Origin: Octopus bimaculoides
Taxonomy: Eukaryota
Assembly: GCF_001194135.2 (NCBI RefSeq)
Contig: NC_068984.1
Coordinates: 20,074,076-20,138,075, forward strand
Direction of reading: 5' to 3'
Length of the DNA stretch: 64,000 bases
Made by a program: the position numbers and the translations under genes. Below the pieces are notes generated by a model. The model searched no databases. It saw nothing but the letters and a program-made list of their open reading frames with translations, and was not told where the DNA came from. How positions within the stretch are numbered: position 1 is the first letter of the stretch; each line of letters starts with the position of its first letter. Positions 23,161-37,687 of this stretch are shown here, in pieces.

Positions 23161-24699
23161 AAAACAAATACTTTACGTTTTAAAATGCCGAATGCATTTT
23201 ATAAAAATTAACTGAAATTGAAATCAACCATAAGCAATGAACTGATGAATTTTGTCATTGATTTGCTTACAAAAAGGTTCGGTGTTTTAAAATGTTTCCC
23301 AATTAACCGAATTATACAATTACGCAATATACAATTGTAAGCTAATTGTATGCAATTATGCAGACTTTGAAAATGATATTTAATGAATGTTTCAAATTTT
23401 GGCACAAATCCCGCAACTGTAGGAGGGAGAGGTTAGTCGATTACAGCGACTCCATATACAACTGGTACTTACTTTATCGACCTCGAAAGGATGAAAGACA
23501 AAGTCGATCTAGGCGGAATTTGAACTCTGAAAATAAAGACGGACGAAATGCAGCTGAGCATTTTGTCCGATGTGTTAACGATTCTGCCAGCTCGCTGCCT
23601 GATATACTTAGTTATTATCATGATAAATCTATATGTACTTTTCCTTAATGTATCTGTCTAGATGATCACTAATTTCAGAAATACAGAAATGCAACGAAGA
23701 GCGGGTGAATAAGAGGTCAACCTTCTCGTTCTAAGTTTATATGTTCCTATTCCAATTGTGTACGTTATTAATGCTATGTTAGTTTCATCCTATTGAGCAG
23801 ACAGAAACAAAACAAACACAAACCAACTAATTAATGAGGGTGCAACAATATAAACGGACATTGATCTGTGGCTTGATGCCTTTTAGGACTAATTATGTTA
23901 GAATATAGTCTAGCTTCGTTTTCCAGTCATTACGTGTGCTTTTTAGCAACATAACAACCTAATTATCACGGTTTGGAATCCCATACTAATTTGTGAAGTG
24001 AACACCCTGCATTGAGAGTTAGGTGGTGGCAGAGCCGAGTTCAAAACTCAGTTTTAATGCAGTCTTATTTCACCTAAGGAGCTCATGCCGCTAAGAAAGG
24101 TATGAACGTCTCACAATTTCATATTTCTTTTGGTAGATCTGATGCTATGCGTCAATATAATAAATTAGAAGTTAAAATGTAAATTATTTTAAATTCCAAA
24201 ATGTTTCTGTTACTGATTTCTAACAAAGACGTGTGGAGACAGGTGTAATTAATTGTAGCATTAAGGAGTTCGTTTCGCAACCACGTGGTTCTGATTTCGA
24301 TATCATTGCTCGACACTTAAGGCAAGTGTCTTCTATTGAAGCCTTGTGTTAATCTATACCTTGTGTGTAGAACTTTTTCGGCAAAGACTATGTGGAAACC
24401 CAGTGTGTGTGTGTGTGTGTGCGTGAGCGTTCGTGTGTGCGTGTGTGTGCGTGTGTGTGCGTGTGTGTGTGCGTGTGAGAGAGAGTGAGTTGTGCCTTTT
24501 ACAGGCAATATCGGCGTAAAAATAAACATTAACGCTAAAACTAAAAATCCAGTAGTTTTCAGATGAAGATCCTCACAATATTTGTTTTGTATCGAATTAC
24601 AGACACTCCCTTGTTACTCTTGCAGACGTCAGAAATGCAGAAAATATGTAACCAACGACACATTTAATCACCCACTGCTGTATAAAATAAATAAACACT

Positions 24700-25560
24700 A
24701 GGTCACATGGTCACAAGGAATGGAAGAGGTTATAAATGATCGCAGGATCTTCAGGAGGCTGATGCATGAGCAAAGAGTACTTCAAGATACCGAGATATGT
24801 TTAGAGTGGAGATACAGTCCGAATATTTTCACCAGAGTGAACTCTGCTCCAAGTGGACAGTAGTGTTAAACTGGACAATGGATAAAGTCAACTACCTCTA
24901 AAACAAGTAGACCATTGATTCTTTTACCGCTTTTACTTCTTCGTGTGGTCGCCATTGAGATGCATCTCATAATGCCACGCCAGAAATTTCTCCCGTTAGC
25001 TATGGCAGACTTAACATTTTTATGGTGCGTCTTTGCCAGCAGCATCAATGTAGTTGAGAGGTCATCTATTAGCGTCTTCAAAATATAATACCCGATATGG
25101 CCGGTTGTTAATGACGATAGTAATAATGAGCAAAGCTTATCCACAGTTTGAGCAATAATTGTAGAGATAGATACAGAACGTGTCCATAAATCTCCTCTTT
25201 GGTTTTGTGTTCAGTCCATGAGATGTTTTGAGTTCTAATGAGAAGTTCGACTACATCAATAAAGCCGAAAGCCACAACCAGTTTGTTTCAACGATAGCTC
25301 ACATCTGAAGGAGGTCGATGGCTTCAGACACCTTGGATCCTATTTTGTTGACAGTGAAAAAAATTTCCCTATATAGAAGGGACTGCTCTGGAGTGCCTGT
25401 AACAAGCTTCAAAACATCTGATAATCAAGTATTTCAGAGTTTGCCTTTATCGGGATATGTGTAGAAAGCAGTCTTTTCGAAAGAGCCGAAACCTGAACTA
25501 TAAAGAATAAAAGTTGCCGTGATTGTACATACCGTACAACTATAGTAGTAGTTCGAATGT
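24700..25560 (-). pseudogene. degenerate Penelope-like GIY-YIG/RT remnant
   Basis: ORF 24866-25144 (GHIGYYILKT...HHKNVKSAIA...) loosely resembles the YIG..R..EH..SAIA region; heavily decayed. Confidence 0.4.
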
Positions 25561-26525
25561 TATCGATGATTAGGAAGATGAAAGGTTAAGCTGACTTTAG
25601 TGAGATTTGAACTCAGAACTAAAGGAGGTATAACTAAATACAACAGGCATTTTTTGTCTGACGCTGTAACAATTCGGACAATTTATTAAACAGTTGCGCA
25701 AAAAGCTTGAATATAAAAACGAAGCAAAAAGAAAAGGAAGATGAAATGTTGATGTATGTCATTTGGGAAGGGGACCGTATTTTGAGAAAATGAATAGAGT
25801 TTATATTCTCTTTGGATTTAAGTGTGTATAATACTGAAAGAGTGAAAGAGAGAGAGAGGGAAAGGAGAAAGACGAGAAATGGGTTGAAATATATATGAGA
25901 AAGAGGTGAAGGCAAAATGATGGACAGGGAATGAAAGATTTAAGAAGATAGCAGTATAAAGAGAAGTAGTCAGATATTATATCGGCCAATATTTTTGATG
26001 TGTAGGTGTCTACAGGAATGGCATTAAAAAAAAAAGAAAAAACCTCCCTCCCTTATATATCATTTATGTGAGTCAGACGAAAGATAAACAATGAAAGTGA
26101 GAGCCCATTGGCTGCTCTCGAGAACTAGGTCTCTCACTCCTCACCCTCCATCTTCACTACTATATGGATTTCCCGCGCATGAGGACAGATCTATTGACTC
26201 TAAATAATGAAACCCTTTCCTAGATAGTGTGTCTGGCTAAAAAACGGAGATGCACATTGATATTGACGATGAGACGCATCAATTCAATTCAGTTTATTTA
26301 TTTCGACGACAGAATTAGAGAAAGCTACAATATAGAAGCAGACAAAACAGGGAATAAAACTTTTGTGGCCAAGAGTCCGTGACGAAGGACCTAAATTTAC
26401 AGTATTGTGTCAGAGGCCTTTTGTGGTTCACATAACTGAAACAAAAGAACAACAGTAGTCTCAGGACAAGAGAGAGAAAGGGAGAGAGGAAAATATTTTT
26501 ATCAGTTTAATATAAAAGGTTCTAA

Positions 26526-26945
26526 GGAGGCGATCTGGCAGAATCGTTAGCACGCCGGGCGAAATGCTCAGCGGCATTTCGTCCGTTTTTACGTTCTGAG
26601 TTCAAATTCCGCCGAAGTCGACTTTGCCTTTCATCCTTTCGAGGTCGATAAAATAAGTACCAGTTGAGCACTGGGGTCGATGTAATCGATTTATCCATCC
26701 TCCGAAATTGCTGGCTTTGTGCCAAAAATGGAAACCAATATAAAGATTTTAGTTTAAGGTGGCGAGCAAAGTGCTTAGCGGCATTTCGTCTGACTTTACG
26801 TTCTGAGTTCAAATGCCACCAAGGTCGACTTTGCCTTTCATTCATTTGGTGTCGATAAAATATATACCAGTTGAGTACTGAGGTTGATGTAATCAACTTA
26901 CCCCACCCCTGAATTGCTGGTCTTGTGCCAAAATTTGAAACCGAC
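26526..26945 (+). mobile_element. two head-to-tail copies of SINE family A
   Basis: About 26526-26740 and 26757-26945 are co-linear; CpGs are largely intact. Confidence 0.85.
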
Positions 26946-28112
26946 ATAAAACGTGCTAATCTCGTTTCTTCATTTCCTTCTTCTTATGTGATCCAGCTAA
27001 GTCATCGGTTGATGCTCTACATACCAATGTTTTAACGGCTTATGTCCTTACGAAGCCAGTCCTTAGCAAATATACTTAACTATCAAAATCTATAAAGAAG
27101 TTGATGTTGTTAACCTGATGTCAACACTGATCGAATGAACTGGTGATAAAAAAATATATACCTGTCTTTCAGTTAGACATAATTTATCTTAGGCCAAGTT
27201 ATTTTGTGAGTCCTTGATTTTTAAAGACGATAAGTGTATATGATTTGGGGAGAATCTGGCTAACTATATTAGGTCGAGTGGTTGTTTCTCAACCAGAGTT
27301 CATTTTGTCCTCTGGGAGTAATTCCAAGTCCAAAGTGAAGGATTAGATTTTATGCAAAACATTTTAATCAAAGACAACGACTGGAATATTGGAAATTTGG
27401 GTATTAAAGAGGAGATATTCCTTACTAGATCAAACGCATCAATTAACAATAAACACAAAGTGAATGCGCATGTCAGATTTCTGTCCCTATTTTTGATTCT
27501 GCGCAAAGCTACCAACGCTTCACCGTCCTCCATTTTCTCTTGACAAAGACGTTTTAAATTCGAGCTATTGAATTATAAGGTAAGCTTAAACTGTTTCCTT
27601 TTAATTCCGTTTTCAATTTCCATTGAAAATACCGTTGCTTCAATTGTAAATATGTAATCACTTCCTTAATTCATTAATAAATACTAAGCCAACGTGCTCA
27701 AAGCAATTAGTGTCGCATGTTTCGCTAGAAAGTACGTCGGGGTACGTTTTCCACTAAGAAATAAAACAATAACTATGGAAAATTTTCTTTGGCCGCATTA
27801 TTTTAAAATCATTTCATGAGATACAAGCAGAGGGGGTTCGTACATATTTATTAATCTACATTTTAAAACTTTCTTGTTGAATTCCTAAACTCAACTGATC
27901 ACACTAACTTCAATTTACTTTGATGTTCGGTCATATTGCAGATTACAACTACAATACGACAATCTAGCTTCTCTCAATTGTAGTTTCATTGAAGAGCAGA
28001 TTACAATCTTTTGCAGATTCTAGTTACATAAAAACAGCAACCAGGTGAAGACATCGAATCATGTGTCATAGTTCTATAAAGTCCCGCCAGATACTGTAAA
28101 TTTCGGGCTGCA

Positions 28113-28157
<45 letters not shown>

Positions 28158-28199
28158 TCAGAGAGAAAGAAGAAAAACTCCCTGAGAATTCTTTCTTGA

Positions 28200-29560
28200 A
28201 TTTGGAGCAAGCTGTCACCTGTTCCTTATTTGGAAGCTGTAAGAGGATTACCAGAGATTTCCATCTCTTTTTTCATTGGTCTATCTAGAACTGTAGCACA
28301 AATAGTGTACAGCTTTCTTAACAATGAGCATACTGCTGCCATCATTAGCAAATTAGTTTAAAGATGAAAATACAGTTTACATTTTTACCATGGCCACATA
28401 AATTGTCCAGCAAAGAACGAAACTTTACGCAACTGTAAAATGGTTGGGTATTTTCTGGAGCATGCCAGTCAAAAACAATTACAACATCAGCGTCTAGAAC
28501 AGTCGTACACTTAGGGTACATCAAGGAAATGAACTTGAAAAAGGTATCAGCGCATATATAACTAACTAATGTATTTGGTGTTTCACTCGATTCGGTTAAT
28601 GTTACCAGTTTTATCGACAAGGATTTCTTTTTGAGAATTCCCCTGTTTTGAACATTGTGATCATGCCCTTGAATTATCCTGGAAACTCAGTCTAGACAGA
28701 TTGTTTCTTCGTCCTTCTATACAGCAAACATCGCCTTAAGTATCTTTCCTTTATGAAAAGGTGCATAACCTGTGCTCTTCTACAACTGAAACTCCCTTTC
28801 TAACTCGAGCGACCGTTAAAAAAAAATCGTTGTTCCTTGACTTGTTCCAGTATTGCTGACCCCTTGTATTTTCCCCCAACTCTGCAACGATTTGGAACCA
28901 GCCGATACTAAATCTTGTCAGTTCTCTCTTCTTGATGAAATATTTATTAAGAAGGCCTCTTGATGACGGTACTATTGAGCCTTTGATCTCCCCATATCGA
29001 TAACTAGTGGTAATAGTTAGAAATAGTAATACACAAAACCAATAAACTGCTATTGCTTTTTAGTTGACAATTCACGACCCACTGTTGAAGATCTCTTACA
29101 TTCTATTTCCTGATTTCCTGCAATATATTCTACTACAAACTTGATTTGAATGCAGCATATACCATCAGATGCCACACCACAAAGACTATAAGTGATACAC
29201 TGCATTTCCAGCTGGTGGACACTTATTCTAGGTTGAAAGGTCATTATTAGTTGGTGTGACTAATGTCATAAGAGCTCTTCAAAGACTGATGGCTGGCATA
29301 ATTATCGACATTGGCACTAAAAGATTTAAGGCCTATATAAATCCGATGGATAAATGGAGAGGAAATCACAAATTCACTACTTAAATTTCCTCATCACTCA
29401 ACAAGAATCCGGAAAGCACTGGAAAGACTCAGTTTCTGAAACGTCAGTAAATGCTGAGAAATCATTTTTGTAATTTCCGGTCTAACTGCCTTTTGATATA
29501 CCACTGGTTGATGCGGACAGACACCTTCAGTATTGAAATTAATCATTTGTAACGTGAAGC
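28200..29560 (-). pseudogene. possible degenerate DNA-transposon protein remnant (Academ-like, tentative)
   Basis: HQPVVYQKA and IC..TFFKFISLMY..TTV..IVFDW resemble recalled DQPLY.KA and IC..YV.YV..Y...VVFDGY motifs; many stops. Confidence 0.3.
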
Positions 29561-30124
29561 AACTGCTGAGAATCAAATCGTTTTATTCGACACAAACGAT
29601 CGACTTAGGTATTCTTAACAAGTGTAAGCGTGTTCATGGCTGGCTACAAGTGTTCGATCAACGTAAAACAACGCACTTGAACTGTTATGTTACAATGATT
29701 TTGTATGTGTATGCGCGAGCGTGTGTAAAGATATCATCCAAGTGTTTCGTTAATAAAATTTAATGCCGATTTTATTTTTAAAAGGCAGTTTTCGTTACCC
29801 TCATTGATAGTCAAAAATTAAAAGCTTTGTAATAATTAATTCGTTTTATTGGCCACAAGGGCTAATATCAATTAAAAACATGTAAGAACAAAGACAGGAC
29901 GAAGGTTACAAAAGGTCTTGTCCGAAAAGGTAGGAAAGTTCGTCTAAACAGAGGAAGAAAACGGAGAAAGATATTATAAATAAATTGATAAATAAATTGA
30001 TAAGTCAATAAATAGAACTCCCAAAGGGGGAGGCGCTTCGAAAAAGGAAAGGTTACACGTGGAAAAACCCATAAAACCACGGGAGCAATGTATTCAATGT
30101 TTGGTGTAATCTAACACTTATTCG

Positions 30125-30478
30125 TCGTCGGCGGCGTTTTACCGTGTGTCCGATAATTTATTTGGTATATTGTTGACCACTTCTTCCCCTCTGTCCGTGT
30201 ATATGCTTCTGATGACTACTGAAGCCGATTCTTGTATGGAAGCGTCTGTTGCAAAGTTCACAAGAGATCCGTGGTGGAGGCTTTGGTTGTTGCAGCCTCC
30301 ATTTTCTTTCTTGTCGTGTCTCTTCCTCTTTCCTCTGTCGTTCAGCTTCAAAACGATCTGTCACCGTGGAGATGGAATGATGCCAGCCGAGCCTATCCTG
30401 AGCTTCAATGACCCAGGCTTTGGGATCGATTCCAGTCTGTTTTAGGCTTTGTTTCGGCTCCGTGGCCGTCTCTAACAC
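30125..30478 (-). mobile_element. RTE LINE 3' end remnant
   Basis: LKQTGIDPKAWVIEAQDRLGW...FEAER...CELCNRRFHTRIGFSSHQKHIH (C-terminal C2H2 finger typical of RTE ORF2). Confidence 0.8.
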
Positions 30479-31035
30479 TTAACAAAAATTTATTAAGATG
30501 TCATCCACAACAAAAAAGAAACAGCACGTGATCGCTGAAGACTCGAAATGTGTGTGTGTGTGTATGGTGCGTTTGTGAATTGTGTGCGCGCGCATGTATA
30601 AATGAGTGCACAAGCGCGACTGCACATTTTGTAGGAGTGCAACTTTTTTTTTTAAAGATTTACTTTATACAATGTCAGTTAAGTTTTTCTGTTTTAACAG
30701 CTATGTCATATAGCCGCGCATTGTCATCGTTTTTGCATTGTTTCTGGGTAGTTGTTAATTGAAATGAATGAGTGGCTGTGTGGTTAAGAAGCTCACTTTG
30801 TAACGACGTTGTTGCAGGTTCGGTCTTATTGCATGGTACCTTGGGCAAGTGTCTCTGATTATTGCTCTGAACAGGCCAGTGCCTTGTGGGTGAATTTGGT
30901 AGACGGAAACTATGTGGGAGCCGTTGTATATATGGGAGTGTGTCTTTGTATTTGCATTTGACCCCACCACCATTGAACAACCGGTATTGGTTTGTTTACG
31001 TCCCTTTAACTTAGCGATTCGGCAAAACAAGTATA

Positions 31036-31598
31036 GGATCTATTTTAAAACGGGGGCCACATTTTTCATTAATGTTTTATGTAGTGTTTTTGGTACGGAA
31101 AGACTTTCAAACTTCGTATACTTATCTATTTTGTGTTATAGAACAGAAAAATATTTTTGTATTCGAATTTATTTCATGTAAAAAATTGTCTTATTTCGAT
31201 AATTTCAACCAATCACTGACAAGTATTCAGTTGTTTACATTTACTCCTTTGGCTGATTAAGCGATGTAAAGCGTATTTAATCTCCATACCTTCGTTTTAT
31301 TTGCTTTTTTTCATTTTAAATTTGCTTTAACCCTAACTCTAACCGTAGGGTTAGGGTTAATTGTTTCAGAATCGTTTGTTTATGTAGTCGGCACTTAGTG
31401 TATATCGGCTGAATGGACGTCAGTGATTGGTTGAAATTACAGAAATACGACAACTTTCACATGGAATAACTTATGGATTTCTTTTTTTTTTAAGAAGACT
31501 AAGAGAAAAAGATGTTTTATATGACACATTCTACCAGTGTTCCAAGTTTCAAAGTGTTTCGTTAATGAAAAATGTGGCCCCCGTTTTAAAAAAGATCC
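31036..31598. mobile_element. complete Merlin-like foldback MITE (563 bp) inserted in a SINE
   Basis: 37-bp TIRs starting GG (1 mismatch); perfect 8-bp TSD caagtata (31028-35, 31599-606); internal 21-bp IR (31200-20 / 31419-39); central telomeric-repeat hairpin. Confidence 0.85.
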
Positions 31599-33299
31599 CA
31601 AGTATAAATACCAGACTTGAAAAAAGAAGTACTGGGGTTATGTTTTACAGAACTCTTCAAGGCAGTGCCCCAGCATGGCCGCAGTTCAATGACTGAAACA
31701 AGTGAAAGAAGATAAAGATTATCTCAAGATTCTATTATGCTATTCGCTTTCCTTCTTGATTACAGTTTTATGAACCGTGTATCTTCTTATTCAGAGTTGT
31801 ATGTGATGTTGGGGTTTATGTAAGACGTTGTGCGTTGCAGGGGAGCATAGTGAGATTAGTCTGTTTCATTAACATTAAGAAGTAGGTAACTACCGTATGG
31901 ACAAGGGATTTTATTAATCACATAAGCTGCTTAAGTATTGCTGCGTAGTCATTTAATTACAAAAGGAGATGTTAGAAAAGGATCAGATTCAACATAATGA
32001 AACATGGACTTGGAAGCAATCATCACTACTGAATATCCTGTTGTAATATAACTTTTGCTGTGATGTATAAAACAAACACAACATTAATTTGTATCAAGAA
32101 GCCATCGTGTTTTTGAGTGGCAGTAGGGCTAACATGCATTTCTCTTCTACATCTGGGCAGTTGCTTGACCGGCAATACTGAGTAGCCAAATTTTGCCTTT
32201 AAATACAATCCACTTCAGAGTCTTAAAAGACTAAAAAAAATCACTAGGATAATGTAATCTTAGACCTTTTATCTTTTACTTGTTTCAGTAATTGGACAGC
32301 GGCCATGCTGGGGCACCATCTTGAAGGGTTAAGTCGAACAAATTGACCTTACCACTTATTTTTATAGGTTTCTTTTGTTGAACTGCTAATATAGGTATAC
32401 AAAAAAAGAGGTGGGGGGAGATAGTCAATGGAGGAATCGTTTTGGTCATCTGCTCGATGAGCACTGACAAGGGACTAAACAACTACAATAACAACAATCG
32501 CTACAACAAAATCTCGATACCTCGAGCCAATATGGCCGACCAGCCTGTAAAAAATAGCAACTAAATCTCCCTTAAGCTACATCCTACCGTCTTAAAAAAA
32601 AAAGACGCTCTGAATAATGTCGTCTTAAAAACACTATTTCTGAAAAAACAGACATGATAGTCTTGGTTTGAATACCTTTGATCATTGATCTGTTTTATCA
32701 GGACAAATTTGGGGGCTAAGCAATGAGACTTCGCACAATTTAGTCTTTAGCTGGTTTTAGCGAAATTCCGTCTGTTGTAAGGATTTGAACACGACATCTA
32801 ATTCCCTGCTCGCAGACGATTATTCTTTTCTAATGCCATTGAGTAGCAAATTTTGTGGGCGGGTATCAACCACATCAATGACTAGGGATGGTGGTGATGT
32901 CTCTTCCCTCCATTATCTCATTAAAAATGTCCCCTATTCATTGACATAGTTGTTCTCTTTTGAATTTTTTGTCATATTTTAAATTATAGCGTTTCTTTTC
33001 TACACTTTATGCACTTGTTTCTCAGCTGCATGTCGTACATATTTCATTTCACACAGCATCTGCTAAAACCATCACTTCACTCTCAATTTGCCACCCGCAT
33101 CACCTGCAGTTCCCTCTGTCTCTACTTCACCTCGTCTTTCCCTTTTCCTCGCTTATCACTCATCTCTCTTTCTCACTTTTATTGGTTCCATTTTGTAGCT
33201 CACCATAACATTTGTAAAGTAGAGTGATATACGTCATGATTACATGCTTACTACACCCATATCACATGACTCACTATTATTTAACAGGTTAACGAATTC

Positions 33300-34260
33300 G
33301 ATGAAGGAATCTTGAATATTCAGTTACCTGAGGCTTCTGGAGGTACAGGGCTTCTTATGACTAGGTGTTTCTTTATCACTAAATGTTAACAGTTGTTGAG
33401 AGTCTCTAATGTTGAATAGTATTCCAAAATGAGTGAAATTTTTCACATTCTAACATCCACAGCCATGACTTTCTTTCCAGTTTGATGATATTATTGTTCG
33501 ATTTTTTTAAATGCTTAAGAGGAATAGGAAATAATATGACATTCTAGCTTGGAGTCATCTTGTACAATTGTGGCGGTCAATCCAACAGAACTGGTGTTGA
33601 TATAAATAGAAGTTTTCTGTTTGGTATCAAAGTGTGATAATAATGTACGTGATGTTAGGCCGTGTTTCAATTCTTTAAATCACAGTTAAATGTTGCATTT
33701 TTCCTAGATGTGATGATTTCTTTGATAGTAAAATTTACTGTAAATTATCTTACCCAGGTGTGAAAAGATTGTTGTTGGTTGCTTTCTATAAAATCAAGAA
33801 CAAAAAAAAAATTCCATTTTCCACAAATGAATGTCCGTACAATCTGTTTACTCGCTGGATATTCTCTGAAGAAAAACTTCTATATTACCATCATATGAAT
33901 CAATTTCTTATAAAGGATATTTAAGCTATAGAATTGCTTGGGTTTTGTGGGACCTAAACGGAGAGTATCTCGAAAAAAATATCTTTTGGTAGCAACTGAT
34001 GAATGCACGTATTACCCTTTTGCTTCTTGCGTCCGCAAACTCGATGGCACAAATGGCTAGTCTTTCTAATTCGAACACCTGATGCTATTCATTTTATGTT
34101 TATGGAAGTGTAAAATTTTTCTTACTGCTCTAGGAATTGTACAAAGCAGAACTAATCTTTACGACTTTAGATGAAATAAGCTATGCAAAAAGAATGAATC
34201 AGACAAATGATGTCAGCATCGTTAACTTGAAAGTAATAGGATCTCCCAGGATCTCTTTGA
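33300..34260 (-). pseudogene. Ty3/Gypsy pol remnant (RT connection and RNase H)
   Basis: FKELKHGLTSRTLLSHFDTKQKTSIYINTSSVGLTATIVQD...HIISYSS and CEKFH match the F.ELK..LTS...FD....DAS..GLGA.L.Q...IAYAS...CEKFH pattern. Confidence 0.8.
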
Positions 34261-35320
34261 AAGGATATTCTTTTTAGAATAGTTCCTTTAATTTGTTATC
34301 TGCTCACAACGGCTAACCAATAAACCTCTTCCTTGTCATTTTTATTTTTAGACGCTGTTATCTAGTAGTGCTTCCATTACTTCTTAGTTAATTTATCTTT
34401 ATAATATAAATCTATGTTGAATTTTAAATATGAATCAAGTTTATAGAATGAATTAAACAATGGTTATATTCATCAATGATGATAACAGAATTTCTTAAAA
34501 GAGTAAACGTGACCAAGAATCGCTTGAACTTAGATCTTGTAGATCTAAGAACTTAGCTCTACAAGAGTAAGTGTAGATTTACTAGCAAGCAAATACAGTC
34601 CTTAATGTGAATGCATTCGGTGAGCTGGCCAAATCATTAGTGTCGATTCTTTACAATCTAAATTCAAATCTTGCCATGGTCAGCTTTGCCCTTTCATCCT
34701 TTCGCCGTCAATAAAAGTACTTGTCAAGTATTGGAGTCGATTATATTGATTAATCCCCTCCCCTCAAAATAGCTGGCTATGAGCCAAATCAGAAACCATT
34801 ATGAAAGAAGGTAAGTAAAAGATAAAAGACATGACATTTATGTGGATGTTGCATAATATTCGTGCCCATTTATATCGGGTGCCGTGACTCTTGTCACATG
34901 ACCATTACTGTTTAACATAATTACCTATCTGAATGAAGAAAATTTTATTATTCAAATAATTAAGGAAATAAATCATTTTAAATCACCCTCAACCTTTTTT
35001 TCTTCCAAAAGTTTTTTTAACCAAATATATTACATGCTACTATTCATAGTTCTAATCCTTTTCACTCACTGTCTCAAAGCTTCTAGATGATTTAAGCAAA
35101 CGGAATAAGGCTTCTAGAGGGAAAGGATTTTGGTAAAGGCTGTACTTCGCTAAACACTTTATTGCGCGAATACATTATTGATATTAGCATGTTACAAGAC
35201 ATACTTGCATGCTTCACATTCATTATAAACATTACAACCTGTCTCATAAAATTGCTCTCAAGTGATAGAATGCTAATATTTAGAGACAAAGCAATTTCAA
35301 AACTTCATGTCTTTCGAATA

Positions 35321-35490
35321 TTCATTTCTCAATTATATTTTGTCTCCAAAAGTAAGAGTGTTTTTAGCATCATTCTGTCTTGGCTTAATTTTTAGTTCAT
35401 TTCTCAATTATATTTTGTGTCCAAAAGTGAGACTGTTTTTAACATCATTTTGTTTAGGAGAGACAACGCTGTCTTGGCTTAATTTTTAAT
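35321..35490. repeat. local tandem duplication of about 75 bp
   Basis: ttcatttctcaattatattttgt(c/g)tccaaaagt(a/g)aga occurs twice; ctgtcttggcttaattttta occurs twice. Confidence 0.85.
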
Positions 35491-35921
35491 TCAAAGCAAG
35501 AGACACTTAACAGTTTCTTATTTCATATAATTACAGCAAAAACCTAAGAGAGAAGGAAGTAATAGTGCCAAAATATTAAAAGAATTAAAGAAAAAAGAAA
35601 AACTCTAAAAAGGAATATATACACTTTGTATTAACGGAAGCAACCTACAATACTTGCTGTATTACCACAAATAATTTTTTTCTTTCTAATCTTGCCACAA
35701 GGCTTATGATTTTGAGAGGAGAGACAATCTGATTATATTGACTCCAGTGCCAGACAGGTACTTAACTTTATCAACTCCAAAATGATGAAAGGCAAAGTTA
35801 ACCTCGATGTAATTTGAACTCAGAACATAAAGAACCGGAAGAAATGTACTACAAAGCATTTATTTGTGAGGCAAAAAAAAAAATCTAAAACAGCTGTAAG
35901 CCTCACTCTAGAGAGCGCCAC

Positions 35922-36076
35922 ATGACACTTCAAGTCAGAAGAAACACAAATGATGTCATGTACTACGTGCTTAGCAATGCAGCTCCACCAACCATCATGT
36001 GTTCTTGGAAGTAATTCTACGAAGTATTTTCCACGTCCAGTGTATGTAATTCTTTATATAAAGTTTGCGTAACCTT

Positions 36077-36113
<37 letters not shown>

Positions 36114-37599
36114 GAGCAAAAGATAAATTATATCTGTACAGTGAAAGATGCTTACACTATTAGAATTTTGAAACTTCAAGAGCTAGGAAATAAAATATTT
36201 TTAAAGCTAGAGCTCGAAGTAGATAAAGTTATAAATAATAGTGTGTAGAAAATTGGGTTATAAAAAAAACCCTTGGATGGAAAAAGTCAAAGGGAAAAGA
36301 ACGTCTGTCATGTTTACAGTGGATATGGGCTCATGCCCCATGGACAGCCTTCAGGGTGAGAGAGTTCCACGCAAGAGCCTTTGTAACCCAATGTCCTACA
36401 TGCTAGTATTTATAGCTTTAATTACTTCAAGTTCCACCATTAAAAATAATTTACTTGATAGAAGTTTATATCAGTTTGGCAATGCAGAATGTGAAATTTA
36501 GCAATGCAACTGGTACAAAGCTAAATCAATTGGTTCTTGTCTGCTAGGGTTACTTATTTTACCATATTTCAAAGAATGAAAAATAAAGTCTACCCAAGTG
36601 TAGTTTAAAATCAAAATGTAAAATGATTGGAATGAAAATGTTAAAGTGTTCTGCCATTTCAGTAAACAAGGGAGCTGCTCTCAAATCACAATTGGCCATC
36701 TTAAACAGGGAAATGAGACATTAAATAATTCTGTCCTAAAAAGATAAGATTGTTGTAGCTGCAATACCCTTTAATCATAAGCAGAGCCTATAGAATGGAG
36801 TTTAGCCAGCACATCATTAAGACAGTCAGGGACCAAGGAATATCTAATAATTCCCATTTTGTGAAAATATATTTTAAAAAAAAAGCCTGTCAAGGCTTCC
36901 TTGAATTTTGAGATGGAATAAGGAAAACTCCCCAAAAGCTGTTTTGTTCCGCTGTGTAAACTTTCTCTCAGCAGCTTTGATCATAGATCTGTTCAATCAG
37001 AGCTGACCTAAGGATAATCAAGTTGACTTTAATTAGCTGCTCATCATCTACTCAATATCATTAACTATTCACATTCACAATCCAAAACGGAAGCCTGAGG
37101 CTAGCAAAGTATCAGATTTTCTCACACACAATAATACATACCACACTGTAATTGGTTACCAAGTGATGTTGCCAAATCAGACAACTAATCAATGCAAACA
37201 TTAAAAAAGGAGAAAAGAATAATGATTGCCTTATTTATCCAATTCGTTAATGTGTGAATAGAATCAAATGATGCATTTTCTTGATTAGATGACTGCATCA
37301 ATGGATGGTTAACCTTAATGACTCCTTGAAGGTTTTTCTCGAGAGCCTTAGCAGGGTTAGCTAAATATCTAAAACCAGGAATTGAACCAGTTTTATAGAT
37401 TCAGTTTGTCAGTAGTGCCAGTAGCATGAAAAAAAGCACCCAGTACACTCTGTAAAGCAGTTGGCATTAGGAAGGGAATCCAGTCATAGAAACCATGCCA
37501 AAAATTATATTGGAACTCGATGCAGCCCTAATGTTTGCTAGTCCCCACTCAAACCATCGAGCCAATGCCAGCATGGAAAGTGGACATTAAATAATGATG

Positions 37600-37687
<88 letters not shown>

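Noticed and set aside
25440-25510. ctttcgaaagagccgaaac as a hammerhead in the third PLE remnant
   Set aside because: There is no CUGANGA upstream.
35071-35218. Minus-strand exon-like block (cag / gtgagt), suggesting a bidirectional promoter near 35.5 kb
   Set aside because: All three frames have stops and no linked exon was found; it is too weak without expression data.
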